From: Candidatus Bathyarchaeota archaeon
GTDB lineage: Archaea > Thermoproteota > Bathyarchaeia > Bathyarchaeales > Bathycorpusculaceae
NCBI GenBank assembly: GCA_963768425.1
Contig: CAVYHV010000009.1
Span: 128,001 to 192,000, forward strand
Direction of reading: 5' to 3'
DNA length: 64,000 nucleotides
In this document: positions 1-10,471 of the stretch, one piece after another
How the letters are laid out: the number at the start of each line of letters is the position of its first letter
Position numbering within the stretch: the first letter of the stretch is position 1
Notes under the pieces: model-generated
Databases searched by the model: none
Seen by the model: only the letters and a program-made list of their open reading frames with translations
Told to the model about the DNA's origin: nothing
Position numbers and translations under genes: made by a program

Positions 1-122
1 TAGAAAATTAGCTTCAATTTCAAGTGGCAAAACGAGTGCGCTAACAAAAGACAAGCACATTTTCTTCCATCGAAGAGAAAGAGCCCAAAAGTGTTTTAAG
101 CAAACAAACATAAAAGGTCTTA

Positions 123-518
123 TTGGGAGATCAAAAGACGATAGTAACTTACTCCAAACCTTATGGAATTGTTAGAGGCATGCTTAAAAAATGGAAGAAG
201 ATCGGCGTAGTTTCTTGTAATTCTTGTGCGAGGGCATGTGAAACTGGAGGGAAGGAGAAAATGGATGAACTTGCGGCGAGGCTAAAACAGGATGGCTTTG
301 AAGTGGTTGATACGGAACTGCTTCCGATGGCATGCAATATTGATGCGGCGAAAAGAACTGACTACAAGGGCGATATGCTGGTGGTTTTGGCTTGTGATTC
401 AGGTGTGTGCACTCTTCAGTCGTTATTTCCATCCAAAATTGTTGTTCCTGCATTAGACACGATCGGCATAGGGGCAAGGGATGCTCAGGGCAACATATTC
501 GTGATGAGGAAATTCTAA
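123..518 (+). CDS. Small Cys-rich protein resembling the N-terminal part of MetV (MTHFR small subunit); probable Fe-S/metal binding
   Basis: Motifs SCNSCARACETGG, MAC, LACDSGV and PALDT resemble MetV (GCxxCxxxCxxGG...LACGxGV...PALNT). The C-terminal MetV Cys cluster is absent. TTG start. Confidence 0.55.
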   Translation: MGDQKTIVTYSKPYGIVRGMLKKWKKIGVVSCNSCARACETGGKEKMDELAARLKQDGFEVVDTELLPMACNIDAAKRTDYKGDMLVVLACDSGVCTLQSLFPSKIVVPALDTIGIGARDAQGNIFVMRKF

Positions 519-557
519 ACCAAAACCAACATGTAAAAAATAGCTAAGCATGTTCTT

Positions 558-1118
558 CTAGCGCTTTAACCGGTGATAAGCGGTGAATATTTTGTTTCTA
601 ATGAACCCAAGGATGGTGGGTGTGAAAATGGAGAGCGAAGCCAAAAGATAGTTAAGTGGAAAAACCGACGGGTACTCGAACAGGTTGCCGCCCCATGACC
701 CCGCAACGTCGAGTATGCCGCCTGTAAGCTGAATCAGCGACCAAATTGTCACAGCGAGTAGGGCGCCGCTTAGTCGAGCAAGATATTTTTCTCGTTCCAC
801 AAGGGCTTTGGATTTGAGGTTTGAATAAAAGATTTCGCCAGCAACAGCGCCAGCGCCTCCTGGGAAAAACGCGTTAACCAAAATCTTTTCAACAAGGTTT
901 GCAGGGACATACATGCCTACCCAAGGAGTCGCAGCCCAACTCAACACTGGTAAAATGACGTTTCCTGTCGCGATGCGAATGGCGGCTGGAACAGAGTAGA
1001 TGGCTGCACCGCAGAGTCCCCAAACCCAAAACCTTCTGCTTCTAAGCATGTTTTTGAAGGCTTCGAAATACATAGCCTTAACATACCTGAGACATTTAGA
1101 AAAACCTTCCCAAAACAA
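558..1118 (-). CDS. Hypothetical membrane protein
   Basis: 186-aa ORF with several hydrophobic segments. The true start is probably one of the internal Met codons. Confidence 0.6.
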   Translation of the reverse strand: MFWEGFSKCLRYVKAMYFEAFKNMLRSRRFWVWGLCGAAIYSVPAAIRIATGNVILPVLSWAATPWVGMYVPANLVEKILVNAFFPGGAGAVAGEIFYSNLKSKALVEREKYLARLSGALLAVTIWSLIQLTGGILDVAGSWGGNLFEYPSVFPLNYLLASLSIFTPTILGFIRNKIFTAYHRLKR

Positions 1119-1220
1119 CCAAACCTTTTCTCAACTGCGGGCTTTTCCTCTTTCTGGAGCTTGCCTCTAAAGGTTACTTTTCGAGTTAATGGCATACGAA
1201 TTATTCCTTCAATTCTATTG

Positions 1221-1278
1221 AAGTCAAATTTGGTCAAATAAAGTCAAAACAGGTCAAATAAAGTCAAATAAAGTATCA
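1221..1278. repeat. Tandem array of 10-bp units with invariant GTCAAA core
   Basis: aagtcaaatt/tggtcaaata/aagtcaaaac/aggtcaaata/aagtcaaata/aagtatcaac read directly from the sequence. Confidence 0.85.
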
Positions 1279-1465
1279 ACCTGCAGATGATTCAAACCCT
1301 ATTCCAACAAAACAACCCATTTCACAAAGAAAAAAATGTGAACTTGACAATTATTCTTTATTGTTTATTGCCTAATCCTTCAATGATCAGCCAGGAAAAG
1401 TTAGTGGGGAGAAGAACCAAGTGTGCCCACAAACAAAAAAGACCTAAACTGGTCAAATTGTCTCG

Positions 1466-2413
1466 TTACGGCCTGTAACCGCGCAGAACACAGAGTGCCA
1501 AGGCGGCAGCCGTCAAGTCTGCGGTGGTTCCAGGGTTGCATTTGTTCTGATTAGAGCGAAGTCTACGGTCGAAGCTTCTTAGCCTGGTTTTGCCCCGTGC
1601 CGTTTCTAGTCCGCCGAGATCCAGAACTGCTTTTGCACCGACCGAAACTTCTAACGCTTTTTCTTTCCCCATCTTACGCGCGATGAAAGTATCGGGGTGC
1701 ATGGATAGAATTTTTAGGAAAGTGTGAACGACAGCTGTGTTCAAAGGCTTATTTTTCAGCTGCTCCGACAAATACGGGTAAGCTAAATCAAAAGCGACCG
1801 AGTAGTTGTTGACCCATTCAGCGCAGATGTCGTCGTATGTCGACGCCAAACGGAAAACCTCAAACAGACTAACATTCTCCTTTAGCAGGCGCTCCTTTGA
1901 CTGCGGGTCCGTTACGTCAAGCTCAGGCGCCTTGTTCAAACCACTTGGATTGGCAATGTCCACCGCCTCGTAGAGGTGCACTGAATCCCAAGCCGTCGTT
2001 GCCTTAACTGTCCGGTCGATGTTTCTGCGCAAAATAGAAAAATCAAGCTGCAAATCTTCTCCTGTTGGAGTCATTCCCGCCGCAACAGCAATCGGCATAA
2101 ACAGCATTATAGTGCCGAGAATCGTGTTGCCGCCCCTCTGCCAATCGTTGACGTCTTTTGCGCAGGATTTTATGAGCTGTCCCAATTCAACTTTGTCGAT
2201 GTCCAGTCTGCCTTCTGCTACCTGTGTCCCTCGGTAGGCAGCTTCTTGTAAGCTCGGTCCTGCAGCGATGGCTGAAGCTAAAAAGTGCTGACAGGTAGTT
2301 CCCTCAAAGCTCGCCGCCAAGTTGATATTACCTGGTTTTTCTGCGCTGACTTCAAGCAGAATCGCCAATTGCAGGCTTTTTGATACATTTTGAACTTTAA
2401 CACTGTTATTCAA
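1466..2413 (-). CDS. citG: Triphosphoribosyl-dephospho-CoA synthase family protein (archaeal CitG homolog)
   Basis: LEVSAEKPGN, GNTILG, PDTFIARKMG and NPGTTADL motifs of the CitG/MdcB family. Confidence 0.85.
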   Translation of the reverse strand: MNNSVKVQNVSKSLQLAILLEVSAEKPGNINLAASFEGTTCQHFLASAIAAGPSLQEAAYRGTQVAEGRLDIDKVELGQLIKSCAKDVNDWQRGGNTILGTIMLFMPIAVAAGMTPTGEDLQLDFSILRRNIDRTVKATTAWDSVHLYEAVDIANPSGLNKAPELDVTDPQSKERLLKENVSLFEVFRLASTYDDICAEWVNNYSVAFDLAYPYLSEQLKNKPLNTAVVHTFLKILSMHPDTFIARKMGKEKALEVSVGAKAVLDLGGLETARGKTRLRSFDRRLRSNQNKCNPGTTADLTAAALALCVLRGYRP

Positions 2414-2488
2414 GGGAATGCATCAACGATATTGGCGCAAAGAAGGTTTATTAAACTTATTAGAAAACTACAAGCTGTGGTTTGTTTG

Positions 2489-3505
2489 ATGGCACGTGAA
2501 GGCGATCTGATCAAAGCAAAAAGTGGCGTGGTTTTTGACGTTAAAGGCTTGGTTCACCCCATTGACAAAATAGTTGCTTTTCCGCGTTTCATCCCTTCTC
2601 CGCAAGGCACTCGGCAGGGCAAAGAAGGGACATATGGCAAAGTCTACAGCCTTGGCGACCGATTTAAGTACCTCCAGGAAAATCACCCAAACCTAATTGT
2701 CTTCGATCCAGTGTTTGGCGAGACGATGTGCGAAGTCCCAGTTGACCAAGTAGCTCAACATTATAAGCCTGAGGAAAAACTCTGGGCATTACGAACCTCC
2801 AAAGACCTTACCGTGTTGGAGAGTAAGGCACTGCAGCTGGCGGAAACCCTCAAGAAAGAAGCAGGAATTCCATGGAGCAACATCGGTATTTCGGGCTCAA
2901 TAATGGCTGGGTTAACAACCGAGAAGTCAGATATTGACCCTCTCGTTTATGGCGAAGAGAACTGTAGAAAAGCATACGCTGCTCTTAAGACACTTCTTGG
3001 GCTTGGGCAATTGGGTTTCAAGCCTTACAACATGGAGGAGTTGCAGGAGCTTTTCGATTTCCGTTCGAAGGATTCTCAGATGAGCTTCGAAGACTTCGTG
3101 TTGGTCGAAAGCCGCAAAGCATTCCAAGGCAAATTCATGGGCACCGACTACTTCATCCGCTTCGTGAAAGACTGGCGCGAAGCCACCGAGCAATACGGAG
3201 ACGTGTGCTACAAAAACAGCGGCTACACAAAAATAACCGCCAAAATAGCCAGCAATATTGACTCTCTTTTCACGCCCTGCACCTATAAGCTACAAGACAC
3301 GCAAATTGTTGAAGGACCCAAATTGGCACCAATAGTTGAGATTGTTTCTTTTCGCGGCAGATTCTGTGAACAAGCAGAAAACGGCGAGTTGGTTGAGGCT
3401 CAGGGAAAAGTTGAGTTGGTCACAGACAATAAAACGGGGAGCGAACACTACCGTTTAATCCTTGGAAACAAGCCGTCAGACTACATGGTTCTTTCTCGAG
3501 CTTAG
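2489..3505 (+). CDS. Predicted nucleotidyltransferase, COG1665-like (paralog 1)
   Basis: Pol-beta motif GISGS-x-SDID, N-terminal REGD..FDVKG..HP and C-terminal SFRGRFCEQA..GE..G.VE. Start moved to ATG 2489 to avoid overlap with citG. Confidence 0.8.
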   Translation: MAREGDLIKAKSGVVFDVKGLVHPIDKIVAFPRFIPSPQGTRQGKEGTYGKVYSLGDRFKYLQENHPNLIVFDPVFGETMCEVPVDQVAQHYKPEEKLWALRTSKDLTVLESKALQLAETLKKEAGIPWSNIGISGSIMAGLTTEKSDIDPLVYGEENCRKAYAALKTLLGLGQLGFKPYNMEELQELFDFRSKDSQMSFEDFVLVESRKAFQGKFMGTDYFIRFVKDWREATEQYGDVCYKNSGYTKITAKIASNIDSLFTPCTYKLQDTQIVEGPKLAPIVEIVSFRGRFCEQAENGELVEAQGKVELVTDNKTGSEHYRLILGNKPSDYMVLSRA

Positions 3506-4578
3506 TGCTGCACTTTGAGGACTTGTTCGTAGTAACGTGGGCAATAAGTCAAAGTGACCTGGTGGAACTGTTCAGTTGGCGACATAACTTCTTCAAGATT
3601 CCCTTCGACTATGACTTTTTCATCTTTTTTTGCCTGCTGGCGGAACTCCTCCATGAAAGAGAAAATTCTCTGCACCTCATAGGCTTCTTTTGGACCGCTG
3701 ATAACTTCTAGAGGTTCAATGCCATAGATCGATGGAATAAACGGCGCCTCGTCGTCGGCTGTTACGAGCGCTTTAAGTTTAACCCAGCCACGCCGTGTTA
3801 TGCACGTTCGCGGGTCGTATTCTGATTTGATTTCGCTCCACGCCTTCACAGGTTCAAACTCAGCCTTAATTGTTCGCCCACTTGCTTTGTCATCGTATAA
3901 CCCATAAATCTGCTTTCTACGTTGATGCCAAACGAAATCTGGTACTGCAAAGTTTTTGAAACGCCAATCTTTCCCATCCATAGCATGATCAGATTCGAAC
4001 TCGTTATGAAAACCTGACTGTGGATCATCGTACATGGCTTCAAGGGTTTTTCGCATGATGGCGTTCTCTTTTTTGCCGTAAACAATCAAGTCTATATCTG
4101 AGTAATTGGGATGATGAAACCCGTGCAGCATGGAGCCAAAGACACCGAAATTCTCTGTTTTTAACCCTGAATTGCTGAGCGATATCATGAGCACCCGCTC
4201 CATCGCTGCCAGCAACTCATCAGTCGGCTCCGTCTCAAGCAACTGCTGTAGTCGCTCCTCAGGTTTTCTTGCTTCCACAATGGCGCCATCCTTCACTCCG
4301 ACAAGATTCAGCCCCAGCATCTCATGGAAAACCTGGTACTGCGGATACTTTTTCATGACAAGTTTCATGCCTTCGTCATTGTAGAATTTAAAGTACAGCT
4401 GCCCTTTGCCTGTCCGCGGCGCTCTGGGGTCTTTGGACTCAAAAATCTTTGATGAAGCGTACTCGGCATCGCAGATGTAGGCGCCTGGCGGATGCGAGTA
4501 GCCGAAGACACGAAAGATCAAGCCCTCGGCGGTTTCTATGGCGTCGCGATCCCGCAGTCCTAGGCTATCACTGGCCAA
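3502..4578 (-). CDS. Predicted nucleotidyltransferase, COG1665-like (paralog 2)
   Basis: GVFGS[10 protein letters not shown], N-terminal [17 protein letters not shown] and C-terminal EEFRQQA..DE..EGNLE. Confidence 0.8.
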   Translation of the reverse strand: MASDSLGLRDRDAIETAEGLIFRVFGYSHPPGAYICDAEYASSKIFESKDPRAPRTGKGQLYFKFYNDEGMKLVMKKYPQYQVFHEMLGLNLVGVKDGAIVEARKPEERLQQLLETEPTDELLAAMERVLMISLSNSGLKTENFGVFGSMLHGFHHPNYSDIDLIVYGKKENAIMRKTLEAMYDDPQSGFHNEFESDHAMDGKDWRFKNFAVPDFVWHQRRKQIYGLYDDKASGRTIKAEFEPVKAWSEIKSEYDPRTCITRRGWVKLKALVTADDEAPFIPSIYGIEPLEVISGPKEAYEVQRIFSFMEEFRQQAKKDEKVIVEGNLEEVMSPTEQFHQVTLTYCPRYYEQVLKVQH

Positions 4579-5591
4579 ATGAATTCTTCCTCTGACGTAG
4601 CGGTTCCGACAACAACTTGATAATAAACCTCGCTTGAAGATGTGGATTCGACCCGCTCAAGCTTGCCAGATACCCTGATAGTGCTGCCGCACTTTGCAAC
4701 GTTTCGATATAGTCCAATGTTCGAAACAACCTGCGAAGGTACCTTGTCTAATTCAAGTTCAGACTGGTCATCTAGGGGTTTGTAGCTTGAAATCCTATAA
4801 GCTGCGGGGCGATACATTGTTTCGGTGTCGTCGCTGACGACCGCTTCAAATCTCACTGGATCAAGCGGGACAAAGCGGTAAGCGCCATACTTTTCCTTGA
4901 TTTGTTCTGGTTTTTTTGTGGCATTGTACATGAAGATTTTTCCCTGGTACCTCCCTTGGAACTTTCTCGCGGCTTCAATGCGGTTGCCTACAATGTAGGT
5001 GAGTTTCCCAACGTTAACAAGCCTTGCAATTGCTTCCTCTACCATGCGGAAGTTTTCGGTTCCGTAGACGACGAAGTCAATGTCAGATTCGGGCGCGTGC
5101 ATCTGCAGGGCTATTGAACCGTGGATGCCCAGGTCGCAGAGGTTAACGCCGGATTCTTTGGAGACTAATTTTATGAGGTCAAGTGCCATTTGTTGCAGTT
5201 TATCCCGTTGCGGCAGGTTGGTAAGCCATACTAATCGGTCTTTGGGAACAAACACTCGCTCGATGCGATCCAACGGCGCTGTGATTAGTTCTTTGTTGCG
5301 AAAGGGGCAGAAGTAGATGTAGTCCGGAAAGTTTTTGCGAAAAGCCTCAATGAAAGTCTGGTAGTTCTTGGCCGTGTATAGTTTTTCTGCTCTGAACAGC
5401 TGATTACCGCTGAACTTCCAAGTGCGCTCCAGCATTTGCACATTGAAGAGTTCTTTTAACTGGGCTGGAATGTACTTTAAAAAAGCAAATACGCGGTCTT
5501 CCGGATGTTCATAGCCGAAAGTGTTAAGGATGAAGCCGTCTTTGGTCACAAAAGTGTCTCCATCCATAGGAACCCAAATATCTTCAGACAT
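4560..5591 (-). CDS. Predicted nucleotidyltransferase, COG1665-like (paralog 3)
   Basis: GIHGS[10 protein letters not shown], N-terminal DGD..GFI..FGYEHP and C-terminal GLYRNVA..G....GKLE. Confidence 0.8.
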   Translation of the reverse strand: MSEDIWVPMDGDTFVTKDGFILNTFGYEHPEDRVFAFLKYIPAQLKELFNVQMLERTWKFSGNQLFRAEKLYTAKNYQTFIEAFRKNFPDYIYFCPFRNKELITAPLDRIERVFVPKDRLVWLTNLPQRDKLQQMALDLIKLVSKESGVNLCDLGIHGSIALQMHAPESDIDFVVYGTENFRMVEEAIARLVNVGKLTYIVGNRIEAARKFQGRYQGKIFMYNATKKPEQIKEKYGAYRFVPLDPVRFEAVVSDDTETMYRPAAYRISSYKPLDDQSELELDKVPSQVVSNIGLYRNVAKCGSTIRVSGKLERVESTSSSEVYYQVVVGTATSEEEFIWPVIA

Positions 5592-6112
5592 ATGGCACTC
5601 AGCGAAAATAGATTAAGAGCGATAATTAAAAGGCTATTGGGCGAGAGACTGACCGGTGCCAAATCCTGACAAATGGCTACTTCATCCACCATAAGACTAT
5701 CATAAGTCAAATGTATTCTAGACTTTTTGTTTTGTTTTTCTAGATATATTGCGGTTTTGTAAGTTCCCTTATATTATTTTTCGGTAATGACTTGCCCTAT
5801 TTAAGATAATTGAGCAAGGACGAAAAGGAGAAGGCTTCAATGTTCCCATCAAGCAGGCTATGGTTCTTGAACTTGGCTTTGAACTTGTTTTATGGTTTAA
5901 TTATGGGCAAATTTTTTAAGCGTCAAGCAACAAGAAATAAGATTCAACACTCAAGGAGATGAATTAGAGACAAATAACGTCCAGTCAAAGTACATACTTT
6001 TCTTATCCGCTTCCATCAGGAAGGGATTGATAGCTTGTGCTTTGACAGTTATTTTGCATTTGAGGAACCTTAACTTTTTCGCTTAACTTTATGTTTTTGC
6101 AGAGTGTTCTTG

Positions 6113-6400
6113 TTGGGTAAAAATCGTGATTAACTAAGCATAATAGCAGCTATTCTGGAGACTGCAACTTCGGGTGCAAACAAGACCCGGATTATGTTTG
6201 GGGCAAATTTGAGTTTCAAGCTTTTAGAAAAGTATTTAGAAGTTGTCGGAACACTGTTTTTGTTCAAGTTGATGAATCGGTTTATATACTGACTGATGTT
6301 GGCCGCGATTTTCTTAGGGAATATGGCGATTTTCGTTAGCGTTATGTCAAGGTGCAGAAGCCAAACGATGCATTCTGTTCGGAATATGAGAACATAGCTT
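6113..6400 (+). pseudogene. Decayed winged-helix transcriptional regulator (HTH_45/COG3432-like)
   Basis: Manual translation LGKNRD*LSIIAAILETATSGANKTRIMFGANLSFKLLEKYLEVV [frameshift] FVQVDESVYILTDVGRDFLREYGDFR*RY, with two stops and a frameshift. Confidence 0.75.
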
Positions 6401-6528
6401 GTTTTTTTGAAAAATAACTTAACTAAAATGCTTGATATATTCAATGTTTCGAAATATTGCCTTAAATATAAGTAGAACTTTTTGTCTTGTTGCTTTTGAG
6501 CTATTTCATTTGAGAGGAGGTTGAACAC

Positions 6529-7302
6529 TTGCAAAGACACTTGGAAGAAGCACGTATGCCTTCGACGCAGATTATTATAGCTGCGTTGAACGAGGAGGAA
6601 GGCATAGGACCCACCATAGCTGAATTAATGGAAAACCTTGGGTGCCCACGTGTCTTGGTAGTTGATGGTCGGAGTACTGATCGAACTGTTGAAATAGCTA
6701 AGAATATGGGAGCTGAGGTCGTTTATCAAGATGGATTAGGTAAGGGTGATGCGTTAGCGAAAGCAGTTCAGTGTATGAATCTATCAGTTGATTATGTTGT
6801 CATCACAGATGCAGATTATACATATCCTGCTGAATATGTTACTGAGATGATTCGGATTTTAGAGGAGAACCCGCATGTAGGCATGGTTTGCGGAAACAGG
6901 TTTAATAATGCTCTTAACCTTGGAGAAAAGCATAACATCCTTTATTTTGGAAACCGTATAATTGCTTTTACTCACAATTTACTAAATGGAGTCCACTTAG
7001 TGGATCCGTTGACAGGGTTACGGGTGGTACGAGCGTCTATTTTCAGAAGTTGGACGGTGAAGTCTCGAGGTTTCGATGTAGAGGTGGAGCTTAACCATCA
7101 GATAGAGCGGGAAGGGTTTGCCATCGAGGAAATTCCAATTCGATATCGAGAAAGAATAGGCCAGAAGAAACTGGGCGTTAAGAATGGCGCCGAAATTTTG
7201 AAGCGCATGATACTAAGAAACAACGTATTAACCGGCTTTAGATGCTTTAATATGATTGCGCCCAATCAGGGAATCGTTCCACAACCGAGAAGCACTGATT
7301 AA
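6529..7302 (+). CDS. GT2 glycosyltransferase, DPM1-like (polyprenyl-phosphate sugar transferase)
   Basis: AALNEEEGI, VDGRSTDRT, TDADYTYP, DPLTGLR and FDVEVE. A probable +1 indel near 7216 would give a natural end ILETTY* at 7231. Confidence 0.9.
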   Translation: MQRHLEEARMPSTQIIIAALNEEEGIGPTIAELMENLGCPRVLVVDGRSTDRTVEIAKNMGAEVVYQDGLGKGDALAKAVQCMNLSVDYVVITDADYTYPAEYVTEMIRILEENPHVGMVCGNRFNNALNLGEKHNILYFGNRIIAFTHNLLNGVHLVDPLTGLRVVRASIFRSWTVKSRGFDVEVELNHQIEREGFAIEEIPIRYRERIGQKKLGVKNGAEILKRMILRNNVLTGFRCFNMIAPNQGIVPQPRSTD

Positions 7303-7449
7303 ATTACCTCCCAAAATCCAATCGTTAAGTTTTAAATGCCAATACCAATTTAAATATGGTAACCCTGATTATTTCGTGAAAAAGAGAAATTAACTATCGT
7401 TTTAATCCAAATGCATAGACATTGCCTCAATCAGAAAACAGGAGATAAA

Positions 7450-8713
7450 ATGGTAAGAATCCTACTAACGAACACAAATTGTTCGTGGAATGCTGGGTCT
7501 GCTGCCCAAGTAATTAGTACAGTTGAGACTATAAACGAATATATTAAAGACGCCAATTTTGTCCTAATATCCGATAACATCCCCGAATTGGACAATAGAC
7601 ACTGCAGCGAATATGGAGTAAAAGCTGTAGGTCCAACTAGAAAAAATCCTTTTTCAAAACATGCTTATACGTTAAAGTTACTCGCTTCGATAAACTCCTT
7701 AAACTAGAAGCGGTACTCGGGCCATTCTTAAAAGAATTGGTATACATGCCGACAGATTGATTGAAACAAAAGTTTTGAAAGAATACAACAAATCAGACTT
7801 GATTATCGACCTTAGCGGTGATTCTTTCAGTGACTATGGTAACTACTCCATTTTCTCTATTCTCAGCATTTTGATAGGTCTTTCCTTTGGGAAAAAAATT
7901 GCACTCTACTCTCAATCCATCGGCCCATTTAGGAGAATAAGTGTACCGTTAGTTAAACTCTGTTTAAACAAATCCAACTTAATTGTAATAAGAGAAGTTG
8001 AAACCGAAAATATTTTGAAGAAGATTGGTGTCGATTTTACACATACATACCTAGCACCTGAGATCGCGTTTCTGCTAAAATCGGTATCGCCTAAAGAAAC
8101 ATCCGAAATATTCCAAAAAGAGGGAATAAGCAAAAGCAACCGCCCGTTAATTGGTTTAGGCACAAATATTTTTGTGCACAATGGGCTTAAGTCAGGAAAT
8201 GAATCGGATGTGATACTTATGGCAAATATTGCCGATTTTTTAGTTGAAAAAATAGGGGCTCAAGTGATATTGGTTCCTCACGTTATTATTCCTGCGCAAT
8301 ATAATTTTGAAGATGACCGTTTCTTGTCTCAAAAGATTTTTCAAAGAATTAAAAATAAGGATGATGTCAGGCTTATCAAGGGAGATTATTCTGCTGTGGA
8401 ACTGAAAGGAATTATTGGTCAGTGTGATTTATTCATTGGAACAAGAATGCACTCTAACATTGCTTCAACTTCAATGTACATTCCTACGGTTGCACTCTCA
8501 TGGAGCCATAAATATCACGGCATAATGAGAATGCTGGGTCAAGAAGAATACTGCTGTGATTTTCGAATTGCTACGTTCGACGACATAACTCAAAAAATCT
8601 CTGCCGCTTGGCAAAATAAATCTGAAATAAGAAAAGAATTGAGCTTACGAGTACCTGAAATTAAAAAATCCGCTTTTAAAACAGGTGAACTGATAAAGAA
8701 CCTATTAAACTGA
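7450..8713 (+). CDS. Polysaccharide pyruvyl transferase family protein (WcaK/CsaB-like), split by a frameshift near 7700
   Basis: N-terminal NAGSAA motif in ORF 7411-7707. SGDSFSD, QSIGPF, IRE and GTRMHSNIA in ORF 7757-8713. Confidence 0.8.
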
Positions 8714-9232
8714 TCAATTTATTTTAATTTAGGCGCCATTTCAATAAACCCATGATCAAGTCATTCTGACCCCAAAATTACTAAACTATTAAGCAAACGT
8801 TTACTAAACTGTAGACAGGGAAATTATGTAGATTGCAGGTATAGTCCATTCAGTGAATTTAACTTGAGAAAAACTCCTCTTTTGCTGACACTTGGTTTTG
8901 TTTATGGTTTTTTAGTGATCTTGATTGCTGTTTAAAGCAAACGCTTGTTTAACCGTTTTTGTTTTTGGCGATTTGCAATAGAGTTTTTTCACCTATGCCT
9001 TTATTAAGGATTTTAGAATCTATTTGGCAAGAGTGACAATCCAGAGTAAACTACACTTGTTATGTGCTCTAATTACTATCTGCTCTCGTCAGAGAGGGAT
9101 TTGATAGTGTTTACTTTTTATCATTCAGAAATTTCATTACAAGAAACAAACAATGAATACAGAAGTTATTTAAAAACTACGCCTAAATCTCAATTCCAAA
9201 TAAAGTAACATTTTACTTGGAGGCAATAACAA

Positions 9233-9739
9233 ATACGCAAGCATACTAGATTTTTTGTCGTTACCTTGTTTGTCTTTTTGGCGTTCGGCTTTTGTCTCAA
9301 TAGTGAGCCTCGTGTTTTTGCCCAAGTTAATCAAGTCTCATCAAAACTGCAGACCGCCAACACAGCAGTTGACCAGGCTTTTAATGCAGTTTTCGACGCT
9401 GAAAAGGCGGGCGCCAACGTGAGTAGCCTACTAACTCAATTAACTGTTGCTGCAGACGATGTAGCTCAAGCTGAAAATGCATACCGAACTGGAGATTCTA
9501 ACAGTGCCGCCGTCCAAGCAGACAGTGCACTCCCAATCGCACAACAAGTTATAACCGAAGCTCAAGACGCCAAACAAAACGCTACAGCTTCCCAACAAAA
9601 TACCTTCTGGTCCACCACAGCATTAACAGTTATTGGCACCATTGTATTCATTTTGGCTTTGTTTCTGGGTTGGCGCCGGTTTAAGCGAAGCTACATAAGT
9701 AGATTATTTGAAGCAAAACCTACGGTGAATACACAATGA
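9233..9739 (+). CDS. Secreted/membrane-anchored helical hypothetical protein
   Basis: Signal peptide, Ala/Gln-rich helical body and a C-terminal TM with basic tail. The start may be ATA 9233, 9 nt after GGAGG; the ORF track gives TTG 9266. Confidence 0.7.
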   Translation: MRKHTRFFVVTLFVFLAFGFCLNSEPRVFAQVNQVSSKLQTANTAVDQAFNAVFDAEKAGANVSSLLTQLTVAADDVAQAENAYRTGDSNSAAVQADSALPIAQQVITEAQDAKQNATASQQNTFWSTTALTVIGTIVFILALFLGWRRFKRSYISRLFEAKPTVNTQ

Positions 9740-10335
9740 AGCTTGAAAGTTACAAACTTATTTTTATAGTCGGGTGCCTAATTGGAGTTTTGATAATTGC
9801 CTCTCCTGCTCTTACAGGTTTTATTCATTTTCCAAGCGGAGAGCAATTCTCCGAGCTTTATCTCTTAGGATCAGGAAACATGATGGCAAATTACCCATTC
9901 AATATTGCAGTTGGACAGAATAATTCCGTTAACGTAGGCGTCACGAATCAATTGGGATCGTCAGCCTACTACGTATTGTATGTGGAACTGAAAAACCAAA
10001 CAGACCCCTACCCAAATGCAACAACAGAATCTCCCAGTTCACTTTCCCCATTATACGAATATCGGTTTTTTGCTTCGAATGGTCAAACTTGGGAGAGCAA
10101 ATTGAACTTTACAGTATCAGCTGCAACATTTTCCGAGAGCCAATCAATTATTAAGGTCTTAACGATAAACAATTTTGCCTTTAATGCAAATAAGCCAGCT
10201 GAATGGGATGCGACTGATAAAACATTTGCATATCAGCTCTTATTCGAGCTATGGACTTACAACCTGAAAACTAGCTCCATAACTTATAACAATCGTTATG
10301 TAAGTCTCCAACTGAATCTAACTCAAAGTTCTTAA
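9736..10335 (+). CDS. DUF1616-like membrane protein (extracellular domain type)
   Basis: N-terminal TM followed by EQFSELYLLG...NYP..I..G...V.VGV.N. Confidence 0.75.
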   Translation: MKLESYKLIFIVGCLIGVLIIASPALTGFIHFPSGEQFSELYLLGSGNMMANYPFNIAVGQNNSVNVGVTNQLGSSAYYVLYVELKNQTDPYPNATTESPSSLSPLYEYRFFASNGQTWESKLNFTVSAATFSESQSIIKVLTINNFAFNANKPAEWDATDKTFAYQLLFELWTYNLKTSSITYNNRYVSLQLNLTQSS

Positions 10336-10471
10336 TTTTGCCTTTTAATATCAATAAATCCCTTTTGTTTTGGTTTCGAATAAGGAATCAATCGCAAGAA
10401 TAGTTGTCATTACTACAATCAGTTGATTCAACAACGCGTAAATACTGATATTCTATAAGCTGTTGACCGGA

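Noticed and set aside
1221-1278. Mini-CRISPR
   Set aside because: The units are 10 bp and contiguous, with no spacers
2489-5591. CBASS/CD-NTase or MNT-HEPN toxin-antitoxin system
   Set aside because: The proteins have COG1665 architecture (~340-360 aa with extra N- and C-terminal domains), and no effector, Cap or HEPN gene is adjacent
6130-6540. 136-aa minus-strand ORF
   Set aside because: It is the shadow of the plus-strand HTH pseudogene and AT-rich intergenic DNA, with no recognisable motifs
7700-7760. Pyrrolysine readthrough of TAG 7705
   Set aside because: The downstream ORF is in a different frame, so a frameshift is needed rather than readthrough
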